A stretch of DNA of 55,284 nucleotides from Patescibacteria group bacterium (GCA_038063195.1 JBBTVO010000003.1:1-55284), one strand, 5' to 3'; shown: positions 41,751 through 49,503, counted from the stretch's first letter. The notes: generated by a model from the sequence alone, not told the origin. Made by a program: numbers and translations.

Positions 41751-42008
41751 TCACTTTTTTCCTAGGCCCTCATCGTGAGGACCAATAGTAAGAATATAAA
41801 TTTCATCTTTTTCAACTTGAAAAGTAAAACGGTAGTGAATATCTATCCTTGCTTCAAACACTTCGCCACCACCCATTTTTCTTGTCCGAAGAGATGGATG
41901 GCGGTAATTTACGAGAAGAAAATCGAATTGACGTTTTGCCTTCGCCTGGATGCTTTTCGGATGCTTAGAGAGTTGCTTTCGAACACGCGGAGAGATAACA
42001 AGGTTCAT
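41751..42008 (-). CDS. RelE/ParE-superfamily toxin
   Basis: 85 aa, ...FEARIDIHYRFTFQVEKDEIYILTIGPHD; 4-nt overlap with the upstream antitoxin gene. Confidence 0.7.
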   Translation of the reverse strand: MNLVISPRVRKQLSKHPKSIQAKAKRQFDFLLVNYRHPSLRTRKMGGGEVFEARIDIHYRFTFQVEKDEIYILTIGPHDEGLGKK

Positions 42009-42241
42009 AAACTCTTAAAGAATGCGTCGAGCTCCTTCTTGTTAGTTATTTTAATTCCTTTTCCAGCTTTAATCTCTTTTAAGGCTTTTTCATCAGACCA
42101 TTCCCACCAAGCATCACTTCCATAATGAGGCTCTTTTTCAAAAAGTTTTGTTTTAATAACTTTTATTTCTCTAGTAAGCTTGTCAAGGCGAGCAAGAATT
42201 TCTTCTATTGTTTTTGGAGAAACGGTAATTGCCTGATTCAT
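42005..42241 (-). CDS. putative antitoxin of the RelE-like toxin
   Basis: 78-aa ORF translationally coupled to the toxin. Confidence 0.5.
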   Translation of the reverse strand: MNQAITVSPKTIEEILARLDKLTREIKVIKTKLFEKEPHYGSDAWWEWSDEKALKEIKAGKGIKITNKKELDAFFKSL

Positions 42242-42310
42242 ACTGATATCTATTTTATAACAGTTTAAAACTCTCTGTCAACACTTCTTGTGCCCAAATA
42301 ATACAGGGTA

Positions 42311-42355
42311 TCCCACCTCGGAGGTGGGATTAGGATTGCTATAGTCTTTGTCAAG
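42311..42355 (+). repeat. junction repeat type R2
   Basis: TCCCACCTCGGAGGTGGGATTAGGATTGCTATAGTCTTTGTCAAG. Confidence 0.8.
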
Positions 42356-42415
42356 TATTATTCAGACGCAGAGTTGGCGTTGAAGCTCAGCGTTAAGAAG
42401 GCCTGAGTACGGATT

Positions 42416-43030
42416 TTATCCTAAATTTTTCACTTCACCTAAAAACCACTTTTTTATTTCTTCCCAGTCTGTTTCGATTAGCATTTGGGGCATCTCATCC
42501 CCATCCGCTTCTTCAAAAAAAACAAGAGATTTTCGTATCATAATTTCTTTCTCTTCCAAATTACCGTACTTTTTCTGATAAAAAGAGAACATCTCTTTTA
42601 AAGAAAATTTTTGTGAAAGAAAGTAAATATCTATGAAATCCCTTTTGGTTCCCCTTGCGATTATCGTATCAAGTTTCATTGCGCAAAGATCAGGAGCAGA
42701 TGCCACTGGTAACTCCAGGAAGTATTCAAAAGCGGCAATTTGCTTATATTTATATGAAAATAGGGAAAACTTAATTCCATTTACAGTTCCAATTAGAGTC
42801 TGCCAGTCTCTTTTTATCAGCTTAAGGCTGAGGTCTTTTTTTAATTTCTCCTCCCATTGTCTTTCTGCAAACTCATAAGGCGTAAAAAAATCCAGATCTA
42901 TAGACTTTCGGTGCCCCAAATGGAGGGCAACTGCTGTTCCTCCGGCCAGATATGATTTTTCTGGTAAATTACCCGGTTTTAATTTTTCAAGAAGATTCTT
43001 TGTTTGAAGAAGTAAAATATTTTCAAACAT
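42416..43030 (-). CDS. nucleotidyltransferase AbiEii/AbiGii-family toxin-like protein (second copy)
   Basis: YLAGGTAVALHLGHRKSIDLDFFTP. Confidence 0.75.
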   Translation of the reverse strand: MFENILLLQTKNLLEKLKPGNLPEKSYLAGGTAVALHLGHRKSIDLDFFTPYEFAERQWEEKLKKDLSLKLIKRDWQTLIGTVNGIKFSLFSYKYKQIAAFEYFLELPVASAPDLCAMKLDTIIARGTKRDFIDIYFLSQKFSLKEMFSFYQKKYGNLEEKEIMIRKSLVFFEEADGDEMPQMLIETDWEEIKKWFLGEVKNLG

Positions 43031-43039
43031 TTATTATGT

Positions 43040-43264
43040 TTAAAGACTTATCTTCCAATAGTTCTTAGATTTAGGGGAAAGACGATTTTTCGAAACAACC
43101 TGTTTGATTTTCTTTTTGCCAAAAACCGTTTTTAACCAGAAAATAGATTTTTTATCTCCAAGCTCCAATATGCGCTTAATATAGTATTCAGGATGACTCC
43201 TTGGCGATGCTTTTTTAGGATCTATATCCCAAAAGTATTTTTGAATATATGAAGCAATCGGCAT
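43040..43264 (-). CDS. small partner protein of the AbiEii-like NTase (DUF6922-like)
   Basis: YFWDIDPKK...YYIKRILELGDKKSIFWL...LSPKSKNYW; TGATATAAT-6-ATG. Confidence 0.55.
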   Translation of the reverse strand: MPIASYIQKYFWDIDPKKASPRSHPEYYIKRILELGDKKSIFWLKTVFGKKKIKQVVSKNRLSPKSKNYWKISL

Positions 43265-43270
43265 TTTTTA

Positions 43271-43279
43271 ATTATATCA
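43271..43279 (-). promoter_or_regulatory. extended -10 TGATATAAT, 6 nt before the ATG at 43264
   Basis: Read directly. Confidence 0.55.
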
Positions 43280-43310
43280 GATTATCTAGGTTTATGGGTT
43301 ATGAAAATTG

Positions 43311-43658
43311 TTAAGACGCTGGTCGGGGTTGTTCAAGGGTCTTGATTCTTCCTTCGTGATCACTGACTTGACTTCTAAGCCGTGCGGTTTGGTCAGACGC
43401 GAGCTCTCTGTCTTGCTTTCTTTGCTCAAGCTCTGCAAGTAGGGGATCAATTGCAGTAATAATAGAATCCCTGAATTTAGTTAATTTTTGCTCCATTTTA
43501 AGTTCCAATCTGTCCTCTGACATAAATATTGAGAGTCTGGTGTCAGACTTAAGAGACTTTTCGGTTGTTTCAAGGTCTTTTTTTGTAGCAAATTTAGCCA
43601 GCTCTTTCTTCAAATATGTTTTTGTGACTGTCTGGGAGGAAATAGTTTTCTTTTTCAT
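43311..43658 (-). CDS. coiled-coil small protein (paralog B)
   Basis: MKKKTISSQTVTKTYLKKELAKFATKKDL...DHEGRIKTLEQPRPAS. Confidence 0.5.
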   Translation of the reverse strand: MKKKTISSQTVTKTYLKKELAKFATKKDLETTEKSLKSDTRLSIFMSEDRLELKMEQKLTKFRDSIITAIDPLLAELEQRKQDRELASDQTARLRSQVSDHEGRIKTLEQPRPAS

Positions 43659-43736
43659 GGAGAATAAGTATATCACCTGAGAAGAAACTCTTGTCAATAA
43701 TACAAAAATGGTACAAAATAGCTCAAAACTAATGAC

Positions 43737-43764
43737 TAGTTGCTAGCCGCTAGTTGCTAACTTA
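43737..43764. repeat. heptamer array TAGTTGC TAGCCGC TAGTTGC TAACTTA
   Basis: Abuts the stop of 43762..44454. Confidence 0.75.
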
Positions 43765-44454
43765 ATAGCCGGGGAAGGAGTCGAGTTTTATATTTTCTTT
43801 TGATACGCCTTGGGATTTTGCTATATCGCGGAGGGCGCGGACAAAAGGAGCAGGACCGGAGATATAGAAAATTGAAGAATTGCTAAATTGTTCTATTGTT
43901 AAATTGTCTATGTGGTTTGGAGAAATGACATATTCGATCTTAAGGCTTGGATTGTCTTTTCTAAATGATTCGAGCTCACTTTTGAATACGAAATCTTCGT
44001 CTCGGTTACCATACAGGAGTTTTACGTTTAATTTTTGTCCATCATGATCAGCTTGTTTAAGAATAGAGCGGAAGGGAGTTATGCCAATTCCTCCTGAAAT
44101 GAAGACAAAATTTCTCTTTGGATCCTCAACTCCGATTAAATCGGAGTCAATTACGAATTGTCCGTCAGGACCGCTTGCTTCTATTTCATCTCCGGACTTA
44201 AGCTTCATCAATGATTTTTTAAAAGTACTGGGCTTATCAAAAATTCTCGTAGTAATTGCGACATGTCCTTCAAATGGAGCAGAGGAGATAGTAAAGTATC
44301 GGGTCACACCTCTATTATCTGGATTATTGTTTGGGATTGTGTAAAATAAGTACTGTCCCGCTTTCCATACAAGGTCGGACCTCGTTTTGGGTTTAAAAAT
44401 AAAGGAGTAGGTGTCTCCTTCAGCTTTGTGTTTTTCCTGAAAAATTAGCTTCAT
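43762..44454 (-). CDS. ferredoxin-NADP reductase-like FAD/NAD(P)-binding oxidoreductase
   Basis: RYFTISS (RxYS FAD motif), GGIGITPF NAD(P) motif; start set at MKLIFQEK. Confidence 0.7.
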   Translation of the reverse strand: MKLIFQEKHKAEGDTYSFIFKPKTRSDLVWKAGQYLFYTIPNNNPDNRGVTRYFTISSAPFEGHVAITTRIFDKPSTFKKSLMKLKSGDEIEASGPDGQFVIDSDLIGVEDPKRNFVFISGGIGITPFRSILKQADHDGQKLNVKLLYGNRDEDFVFKSELESFRKDNPSLKIEYVISPNHIDNLTIEQFSNSSIFYISGPAPFVRALRDIAKSQGVSKENIKLDSFPGY

Positions 44455-44652
44455 ATTTCTTTTTCTTCTCTTTTTCCGAAAAGAGAAGCAGAAACTCTTC
44501 GCCAAGCGGTGCTCGTGCTTTCAAATCTCACTCTCTTAACGGGCCCCTTTCCCGTTAGGGTATTCTCCCTGTTGCACTTATTCAATTCTCATGCACTGCG
44601 CTCCAAAAGGCGAATAAAAAAAAACACTCGATACCGGATTGGCAAATAAAAA

Positions 44653-45534
44653 TTATTTACTATCTAATTCCTTAACCTCTTCTAGGATCTCTCCTAAATT
44701 TCCGTCCATTATTCCTTCTAAGTTGTGCCAGGATTTATTTATGCGATGATCCGTAAGTCTGTCCTGCGGGAAATTATATGTGCGGATTTTTTCAGCGCGC
44801 ATTCCTTTGCCCACCTGAGTGGATTTAAGTTCCGAAGCTATTTTGTTTTGCTTTTCAACTTCAAGCTCCCAAAGTTTGGCACGAAGCATTCCCATGGCAT
44901 TTTCCCTGTTTTGTCCTTGAGAGCGTTCAGTTCTGCAAGTGACCACAATTCCACTTGGAACGTGTTTTATCCTTACGGCGGTTGAAACTTTATTAACATT
45001 CTGTCCTCCGTGGCCGCCGGCTCTAAATGCTTCAAATTCTATATCTCCCGGATTTATATGAAGGTCAATATCTTCGAGCTGGGGAAGTACGGAGACAACT
45101 GCGGTAGATGTATGAACGCGTCCGCGTTTTTCCGTAGCTGGAGTTCTCTGGACTCTATGGACACCCGCTTCATATTTGAAAAAACCGAAAGCATTTTCTC
45201 CGGATAACTTTATCGCACTTTCATCGACCTGCTCGACCTTAAAATTATTTACTTCTGCAAATTTAATATACATTCTTATAAGTTCTTCCCCCCATATTTT
45301 GGCCTCGTCTCCGCCTGCGGCACCCTTAACTTCGATAATTACATTTCTATAATCCAGATCCTCGGAATCATTTGAGTTCTGAGAAAGTTCTTCCTCAAGT
45401 GCCTGTTTTTGCGCCTCCAGTTCTTTTACTTCCTCAGACGCCAAGTCTGCCATAGAAGGGTCGCTTAGGAGAAATTTGGTTTCTTCTATTTTGCGGGTGA
45501 GTTCTTCGAGTTGTACTTTTCTGTAATCATCCAT
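44653..45534 (-). CDS. prfA: peptide chain release factor 1 (compact, 293 aa)
   Basis: RTPATE (PxT) tripeptide motif, GGHGGQNVNKV (GGQ). Confidence 0.9.
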   Translation of the reverse strand: MDDYRKVQLEELTRKIEETKFLLSDPSMADLASEEVKELEAQKQALEEELSQNSNDSEDLDYRNVIIEVKGAAGGDEAKIWGEELIRMYIKFAEVNNFKVEQVDESAIKLSGENAFGFFKYEAGVHRVQRTPATEKRGRVHTSTAVVSVLPQLEDIDLHINPGDIEFEAFRAGGHGGQNVNKVSTAVRIKHVPSGIVVTCRTERSQGQNRENAMGMLRAKLWELEVEKQNKIASELKSTQVGKGMRAEKIRTYNFPQDRLTDHRINKSWHNLEGIMDGNLGEILEEVKELDSK

Positions 45535-45538
45535 AATC

Positions 45539-45580
45539 TAGTGGCTAGCGACTAGCAACTAGTGGCTAGTGGTTATTTTA
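45539..45580. repeat. heptamer array TAGTGGC TAGCGAC TAGCAAC TAGTGGC TAGTGGT TATTTTA
   Basis: Spans the whole rpmE-prfA spacer; CTAG gives TAG on both strands. Confidence 0.85.
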
Positions 45581-45869
45581 TTGACATTAGCATCTCACGG
45601 AGAGTCTTGGGGCCTTGATCCTGCTTTTTCTTTTCTTCAGTCTTTTTGGCTTTCTTTACGACATATTGCTGTGCTGTTTTTTGCTTGTCCTGAAACTTTT
45701 GAATCCGTGAAGCCGAGTCTACAAATCTTTGCTCGCCAGTATAAAAAGGATGGCATTTATAGCAAAGCTCTACGTGAATGGACTCTTTGGTCGAGCCCAC
45801 AGTAAATTTATTGCCGCAGGCGCATACAACCTGTGCATCAAAATATTGCGGATGAATTGCTGTTTTCAT
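45573..45869 (-). CDS. rpmE: 50S ribosomal protein L31 with K-rich C-terminal extension
   Basis: MKTAIHPQY..., CxC...CxxC, HPFYTG. Confidence 0.85.
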   Translation of the reverse strand: MKTAIHPQYFDAQVVCACGNKFTVGSTKESIHVELCYKCHPFYTGEQRFVDSASRIQKFQDKQKTAQQYVVKKAKKTEEKKKQDQGPKTLREMLMSIK

Positions 45870-45914
45870 GTGGTATAATTATAGCCTGTTTTTACTCTTA
45901 AGGCAAGAATTAAT

Positions 45915-46589
45915 ATGATAGAAGCGGAGCAAAGGATAAAATTACTTTTTCAAAGAGGTGCAAATACGCATGAGATAGTCGATCTTACGGGATATTCTTT
46001 CGATCTGGTTAATAGAATAATTAGAGAAATTGATGAAGTATTTAAGGAGCCGGTAGGAGTAAAAACTTTGGCTTTTCCAGAGGCAAATGGCAATCATGCT
46101 GAAGAGTACAGGAAAAGCATAAGAATTGTACAAAAGTTGGTAGAAGAAGGTTTTATAACTGATGATCTCGAGAACTGGAATGCGATGGTTGGGATTTACG
46201 AAAAGCAGAAAAGAGGTCTTCCAAAAAGATTTCCAGATAGATTAAGACTTGAGGTTTTCTTGAAGAGCTTAAGACTGGCAAAAACGGGAGATCATAGTCT
46301 CCTTACGAAATATATGGTTGCAGAAACCTTGGGCCCAAATCTTATTAGTGATAGATTTTTCGAGAATGAGCAGAATTTTGTGGGAGAAAATTCAGCAGAT
46401 AATCCTGAGGGACTAGATGTAGATAGAATCGGATATTACCGAAGTGACGAAGATGGTGATAAATGGAGACAGCCTATGGGTTTTGGACAATATGGAGGAA
46501 TGGTGGTGGATTCTCCGAATGAGGCTTTACACAGGCAACTTGCAAGGAATATTCAAGTAAAAACAGCTCCTTCTAAGGAAAAGGAGTAG
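45915..46589 (+). CDS. hypothetical protein
   Basis: 224-aa ORF, no recognisable family. Confidence 0.45.
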   Translation: MIEAEQRIKLLFQRGANTHEIVDLTGYSFDLVNRIIREIDEVFKEPVGVKTLAFPEANGNHAEEYRKSIRIVQKLVEEGFITDDLENWNAMVGIYEKQKRGLPKRFPDRLRLEVFLKSLRLAKTGDHSLLTKYMVAETLGPNLISDRFFENEQNFVGENSADNPEGLDVDRIGYYRSDEDGDKWRQPMGFGQYGGMVVDSPNEALHRQLARNIQVKTAPSKEKE

Positions 46590-46590
46590 G

Positions 46591-47814
46591 CTATTTCAGT
46601 TTCTTAATTATTTCTTCAATGTCTAGGTTTTCTTGTTCTCGCTTTTCCATATCTTTTAAGGCAATATTGCTTCCATCAACTATTATAGAGTAGGGGATAT
46701 TTTTCCTGTCAGCGTATTTGAGCTGTTTTTCGAGCTTATCCTCTTCATTTAAATACAGTTCGCAGGGAATATTTTCATTTCTCAGTTTTTTATAAACTTC
46801 AAGAGATTTATTTTTATCGCCGGAAATTGTAACCAAAGCTTTCACAGAAAATAAGTTTTTTGGGAAAAGATCGAATTGTTCTAATGCTTCCATGAGCCTG
46901 TCAAACCCGAATGCAAAGCCAACGGCTGGAACCTGTCTGCCGGCAAACATTCCGATTAGATTGTCATACCTTCCGCCGCCTGCAACAGATCCGGCGTCAT
47001 ATCCTTCAATCTCCATTTCAAAGATCAAACCAGTATAATAATCCAGTCCTCTGGCCAGCGTTGGTAAAAAAACAATTTTTTCCTCATCTATTCCAATATT
47101 CTTAAGAATTTGAGAACAGTTTTCTATGTAAGCTGGTGGTTTTGTATTTTTGACAGACTGCAGGATGTTTGTAGCTTTTTCTTGTGTAAAACCGTTTGAG
47201 ATTAATTCTTCTAATACTTTTTCTTCACCAATTTTTTTCAGTTTGTCAATTGCCCTTGTGATTATTATTAAATCTTTTCCAGATAGTGAATTAGAGTCGG
47301 CAAGATTCATGAAGACAGAACGATCATTAATTAAAATTTTGAAATTCCTAAATCCTAGTTTATCTAGAGATTTTGTAGCTACTGCGAGAATTTCCGCATC
47401 AGAAAGGAGAGAGGACGAGCCAACTACATCAGTATCCATTTGAAGGAATTCTCTGAAGCGGCCTTTTTGTGTATTTTCCGCACGCCAAACATTTGAAATT
47501 TGATATCTCTTAAATGGCATCGGAAGCTCGTTTTGATATTGGGCGACAACCCTTGCAAGGGGAACTGTCTGGTCATAGCGGAGCGCCACTTTTCTTTTGC
47601 CGTTGTCTTCAAAACGGTACATAAGCTTATCGCCTTCATCGCCGTATTTGCCGAGCAAAACTTCTTCGTATTCAAGAGCGGGAGTTTCAAGAGGTTCAAA
47701 GCCATAGGACTCAAACACTTTTTTCAAAGTATCTATCAGCCATTGTCTTTTCTTGGCTTTTTCGGGCAGAAAATCCCGAAACCCTTTAAGCAACTTCGGT
47801 TGAACCTTAGTCAT
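46591..47814 (-). CDS. hisS: histidine--tRNA ligase
   Basis: KGFRDFLP, YRFEDNG...ALRYDQTVPLAR, FREFLQMD, GGGRYDNL. Confidence 0.9.
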   Translation of the reverse strand: MTKVQPKLLKGFRDFLPEKAKKRQWLIDTLKKVFESYGFEPLETPALEYEEVLLGKYGDEGDKLMYRFEDNGKRKVALRYDQTVPLARVVAQYQNELPMPFKRYQISNVWRAENTQKGRFREFLQMDTDVVGSSSLLSDAEILAVATKSLDKLGFRNFKILINDRSVFMNLADSNSLSGKDLIIITRAIDKLKKIGEEKVLEELISNGFTQEKATNILQSVKNTKPPAYIENCSQILKNIGIDEEKIVFLPTLARGLDYYTGLIFEMEIEGYDAGSVAGGGRYDNLIGMFAGRQVPAVGFAFGFDRLMEALEQFDLFPKNLFSVKALVTISGDKNKSLEVYKKLRNENIPCELYLNEEDKLEKQLKYADRKNIPYSIIVDGSNIALKDMEKREQENLDIEEIIKKLK

Positions 47815-47837
47815 AATATATGTATGTTATCATAAAT

Positions 47838-48245
47838 TTATTTTCCGCAATATGGACATTTTGATTCACTGCCAAATCTTTGTTCGCGCGTTATGCCTGC
47901 GGTTAATGGATCATCAAAACATGTCCATGTATTTCTGTGACAAACCGGTCCCAATGGATCGACATAAATAGCCAATATGTCATCTTCACATCCTTTTTTG
48001 ATATTATCTACGATTAATCTATTTCCAGATGTTTCTCCTTTTAACCACAATTTTTTTTCAGTTCTTGACCAAAATACTACTTCATTCCTATCTAAAGTTA
48101 GACGATAGGCTTCCGCATTCATATATCCAGTCATTAAATATTGGTTAGTTTTGGCATCAAGAATTGATGCGGGGACAATACCCCGTAGTTTTGCATAATT
48201 TAGCTCATAGAACGGTGAGCTTTTTTCTTTATTATTTTTTTCCAT
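47838..48245 (-). CDS. hisI: phosphoribosyl-AMP cyclohydrolase-like protein
   Basis: LMTGYMNAEAYRLTLDRNEVVFWSRTEKKLWLKGETSGN...DPLGPVCHRNTWTCF; SD GGAGGTGA. Confidence 0.8.
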   Translation of the reverse strand: MEKNNKEKSSPFYELNYAKLRGIVPASILDAKTNQYLMTGYMNAEAYRLTLDRNEVVFWSRTEKKLWLKGETSGNRLIVDNIKKGCEDDILAIYVDPLGPVCHRNTWTCFDDPLTAGITREQRFGSESKCPYCGK

Positions 48246-48266
48246 CTTCTTTCACCTCCTTTCCAC

Positions 48267-48290
48267 AAAAAAACCGCCTCAAAGGCGGTC
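48267..48290 (-). terminator. intrinsic terminator GACCGCCTTTGAGGCGGTTTTTTT
   Basis: 6-8 bp GC stem followed by 7 T; lies 21 nt upstream of the hisI ATG. Confidence 0.7.
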
Positions 48291-48332
48291 GACGAACACA
48301 ACAATCCCGCCTTCTTAGAAAGCGGAATGATG
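48267..48332 (-). promoter_or_regulatory. leader-peptide transcription attenuator (segments 1-4)
   Basis: Segment 1 CCGCTTTC (48325-48318), segment 2 GAAGGCGG (48314-48307), segment 3 CCGCCTT (48288-48282), segment 4 AGGCGG (48279-48274) plus T7. Pairings 1:2, 2:3 and 3:4 are all complementary. Confidence 0.6.
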
Positions 48333-48362
48333 TACGGTAATCTTAAAAGAAAGTATGCTCAT
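48315..48362 (-). CDS. candidate 15-aa leader peptide MSILSFKITVHHSAF with tandem His codons
   Basis: The ATG lies 9 nt after TATACT. CAT CAT at 48327-48332 sits 3 nt before attenuator segment 1. The stop lies in the 1:2 loop. Confidence 0.45.
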   Translation of the reverse strand: MSILSFKITVHHSAF

Positions 48363-48371
48363 ATTATGAGT

Positions 48372-48400
48372 AGTATAGCAGAGCTTACATTGATAATCAA
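48372..48400 (-). promoter_or_regulatory. promoter TTGATT-17-TATACT of the his leader transcript
   Basis: -35 at 48400-48395 (overlaps the pepP stop), -10 at 48377-48372. Confidence 0.55.
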
Positions 48401-49503
48401 ATTTCAATAAGATTTTTTGGGGAATGGGTGAGGAGACGGAAGCCTCTATTTTCTAAAACTGCCAAGTCTTCGATGCGGACGCCGCCGTAGCCGGGAATAT
48501 AAATCCCAGGCTCTATTGAGAAAACCATTCCCGGTTTTAGAATATCTTTACTTTTTGGTGAAAGACTTGGTGCTTCGTGGACTTCAATTCCAATTCCGTG
48601 TCCCAGAGAATGGGGAATTGTCGGATAACCTTGTCCGACAACATAGTTACGGGCGATATTATCAATACTAGAAGCTTTAATTGTATTATATATCGATATA
48701 TGATACAACGATTCGATTGCTTTTTGTTGGGATTCTAGAACGATATTGTAAATTTTTTTAAATTTATCATCAGCCTTTCCGAAAAAGACAGTCCGAGTCA
48801 TATCCGAACAATAGTTTTCAAATTTAACTCCAAAGTCCAACAGAACAATGTTATTAGTTATTAGTTTTTCGTTATTCGATTTATGGTGAGGCATTGAAGA
48901 GTTTTTTCCGAAAGCAACTATGGGAGGGAAAGAAATATCAGCTCCTGACTTTTTGATAAACATTTCGAGCTCACGTGCGACTTCTTTTTCTGTAACGCCT
49001 ACTTTTAGTTTCTTTAAAATAAATTCAAACGCTTTATCTCCTAACTCACATGCTCTCTCTATTTTTGAAATTTCATCTTTACTTTTTATAATTCTTAAAT
49101 TTCGCAAATCCTTCAAAGGCTTAACTCTGAAATATTTCTTCAGTTTTTTGTATTCTGCAAGGCTTATGTCAGTCTCTTCAGCTCCAATACTTTTGATTTC
49201 CGCAGATAGATTTTTGAGGATATTCTCAAAGGAATTATCTGATGAGATTTCTAGAAGTTTGAAATGAGGAATACTGGAGACCGCTTCTGAATACCTTCCA
49301 TCGGTTAAGATATATCCATAAACCCCAGGGGTTTTGTGCTTCAACCCCTGGGGTTGAGCCAAGACCAGCAGAAATGCTTCGCGCTCCAGATACGAAAACC
49401 CATTGTAATTTGTAAGATAAACAATATCAGAGACTGAGGAAATAAGTACGGCATCAAGTTTGTTCTCTGAAATAATTTCACGAACTTTCCTTAGCTTGTC
49501 CAT
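48397..49503 (-). CDS. pepP: Xaa-Pro aminopeptidase, family M24B, with in-frame palindromic insert
   Basis: DMTRT, HSLGHGIGIEVHE, GGVRIED metal-ligand motifs. Confidence 0.85.
   Translation of the reverse strand: MDKLRKVREIISENKLDAVLISSVSDIVYLTNYNGFSYLEREAFLLVLAQPQGLKHKTPGVYGYILTDGRYSEAVSSIPHFKLLEISSDNSFENILKNLSAEIKSIGAEETDISLAEYKKLKKYFRVKPLKDLRNLRIIKSKDEISKIERACELGDKAFEFILKKLKVGVTEKEVARELEMFIKKSGADISFPPIVAFGKNSSMPHHKSNNEKLITNNIVLLDFGVKFENYCSDMTRTVFFGKADDKFKKIYNIVLESQQKAIESLYHISIYNTIKASSIDNIARNYVVGQGYPTIPHSLGHGIGIEVHEAPSLSPKSKDILKPGMVFSIEPGIYIPGYGGVRIEDLAVLENRGFRLLTHSPKNLIEI
49321..49355. repeat. in-frame double palindrome in pepP: AACCCCAGGGGTT-N9-AACCCCTGGGGTT
   Basis: Perfect 13-bp inverted arms; encodes QPQGLKHKTPGV on the minus strand. 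Confidence 0.85.

Noticed and set aside
36652-42355. Considered whether the nine TATAGTCTTTGTCAAG-containing repeats form a CRISPR array
   Set aside because: The spacing is irregular (about 0.1-1.5 kb), the intervals contain complete genes with promoters, the repeat variants differ in length, and no cas genes are present.
36652-42355. Junction repeats as ordinary sigma-70 promoters (minus-strand TTGACA)
   Set aside because: No acceptable -10 hexamer lies 16-18 nt downstream (AATCCC/TAATCC or CTGTTC). Each adjacent gene has a separate, better-spaced promoter nearer its start.
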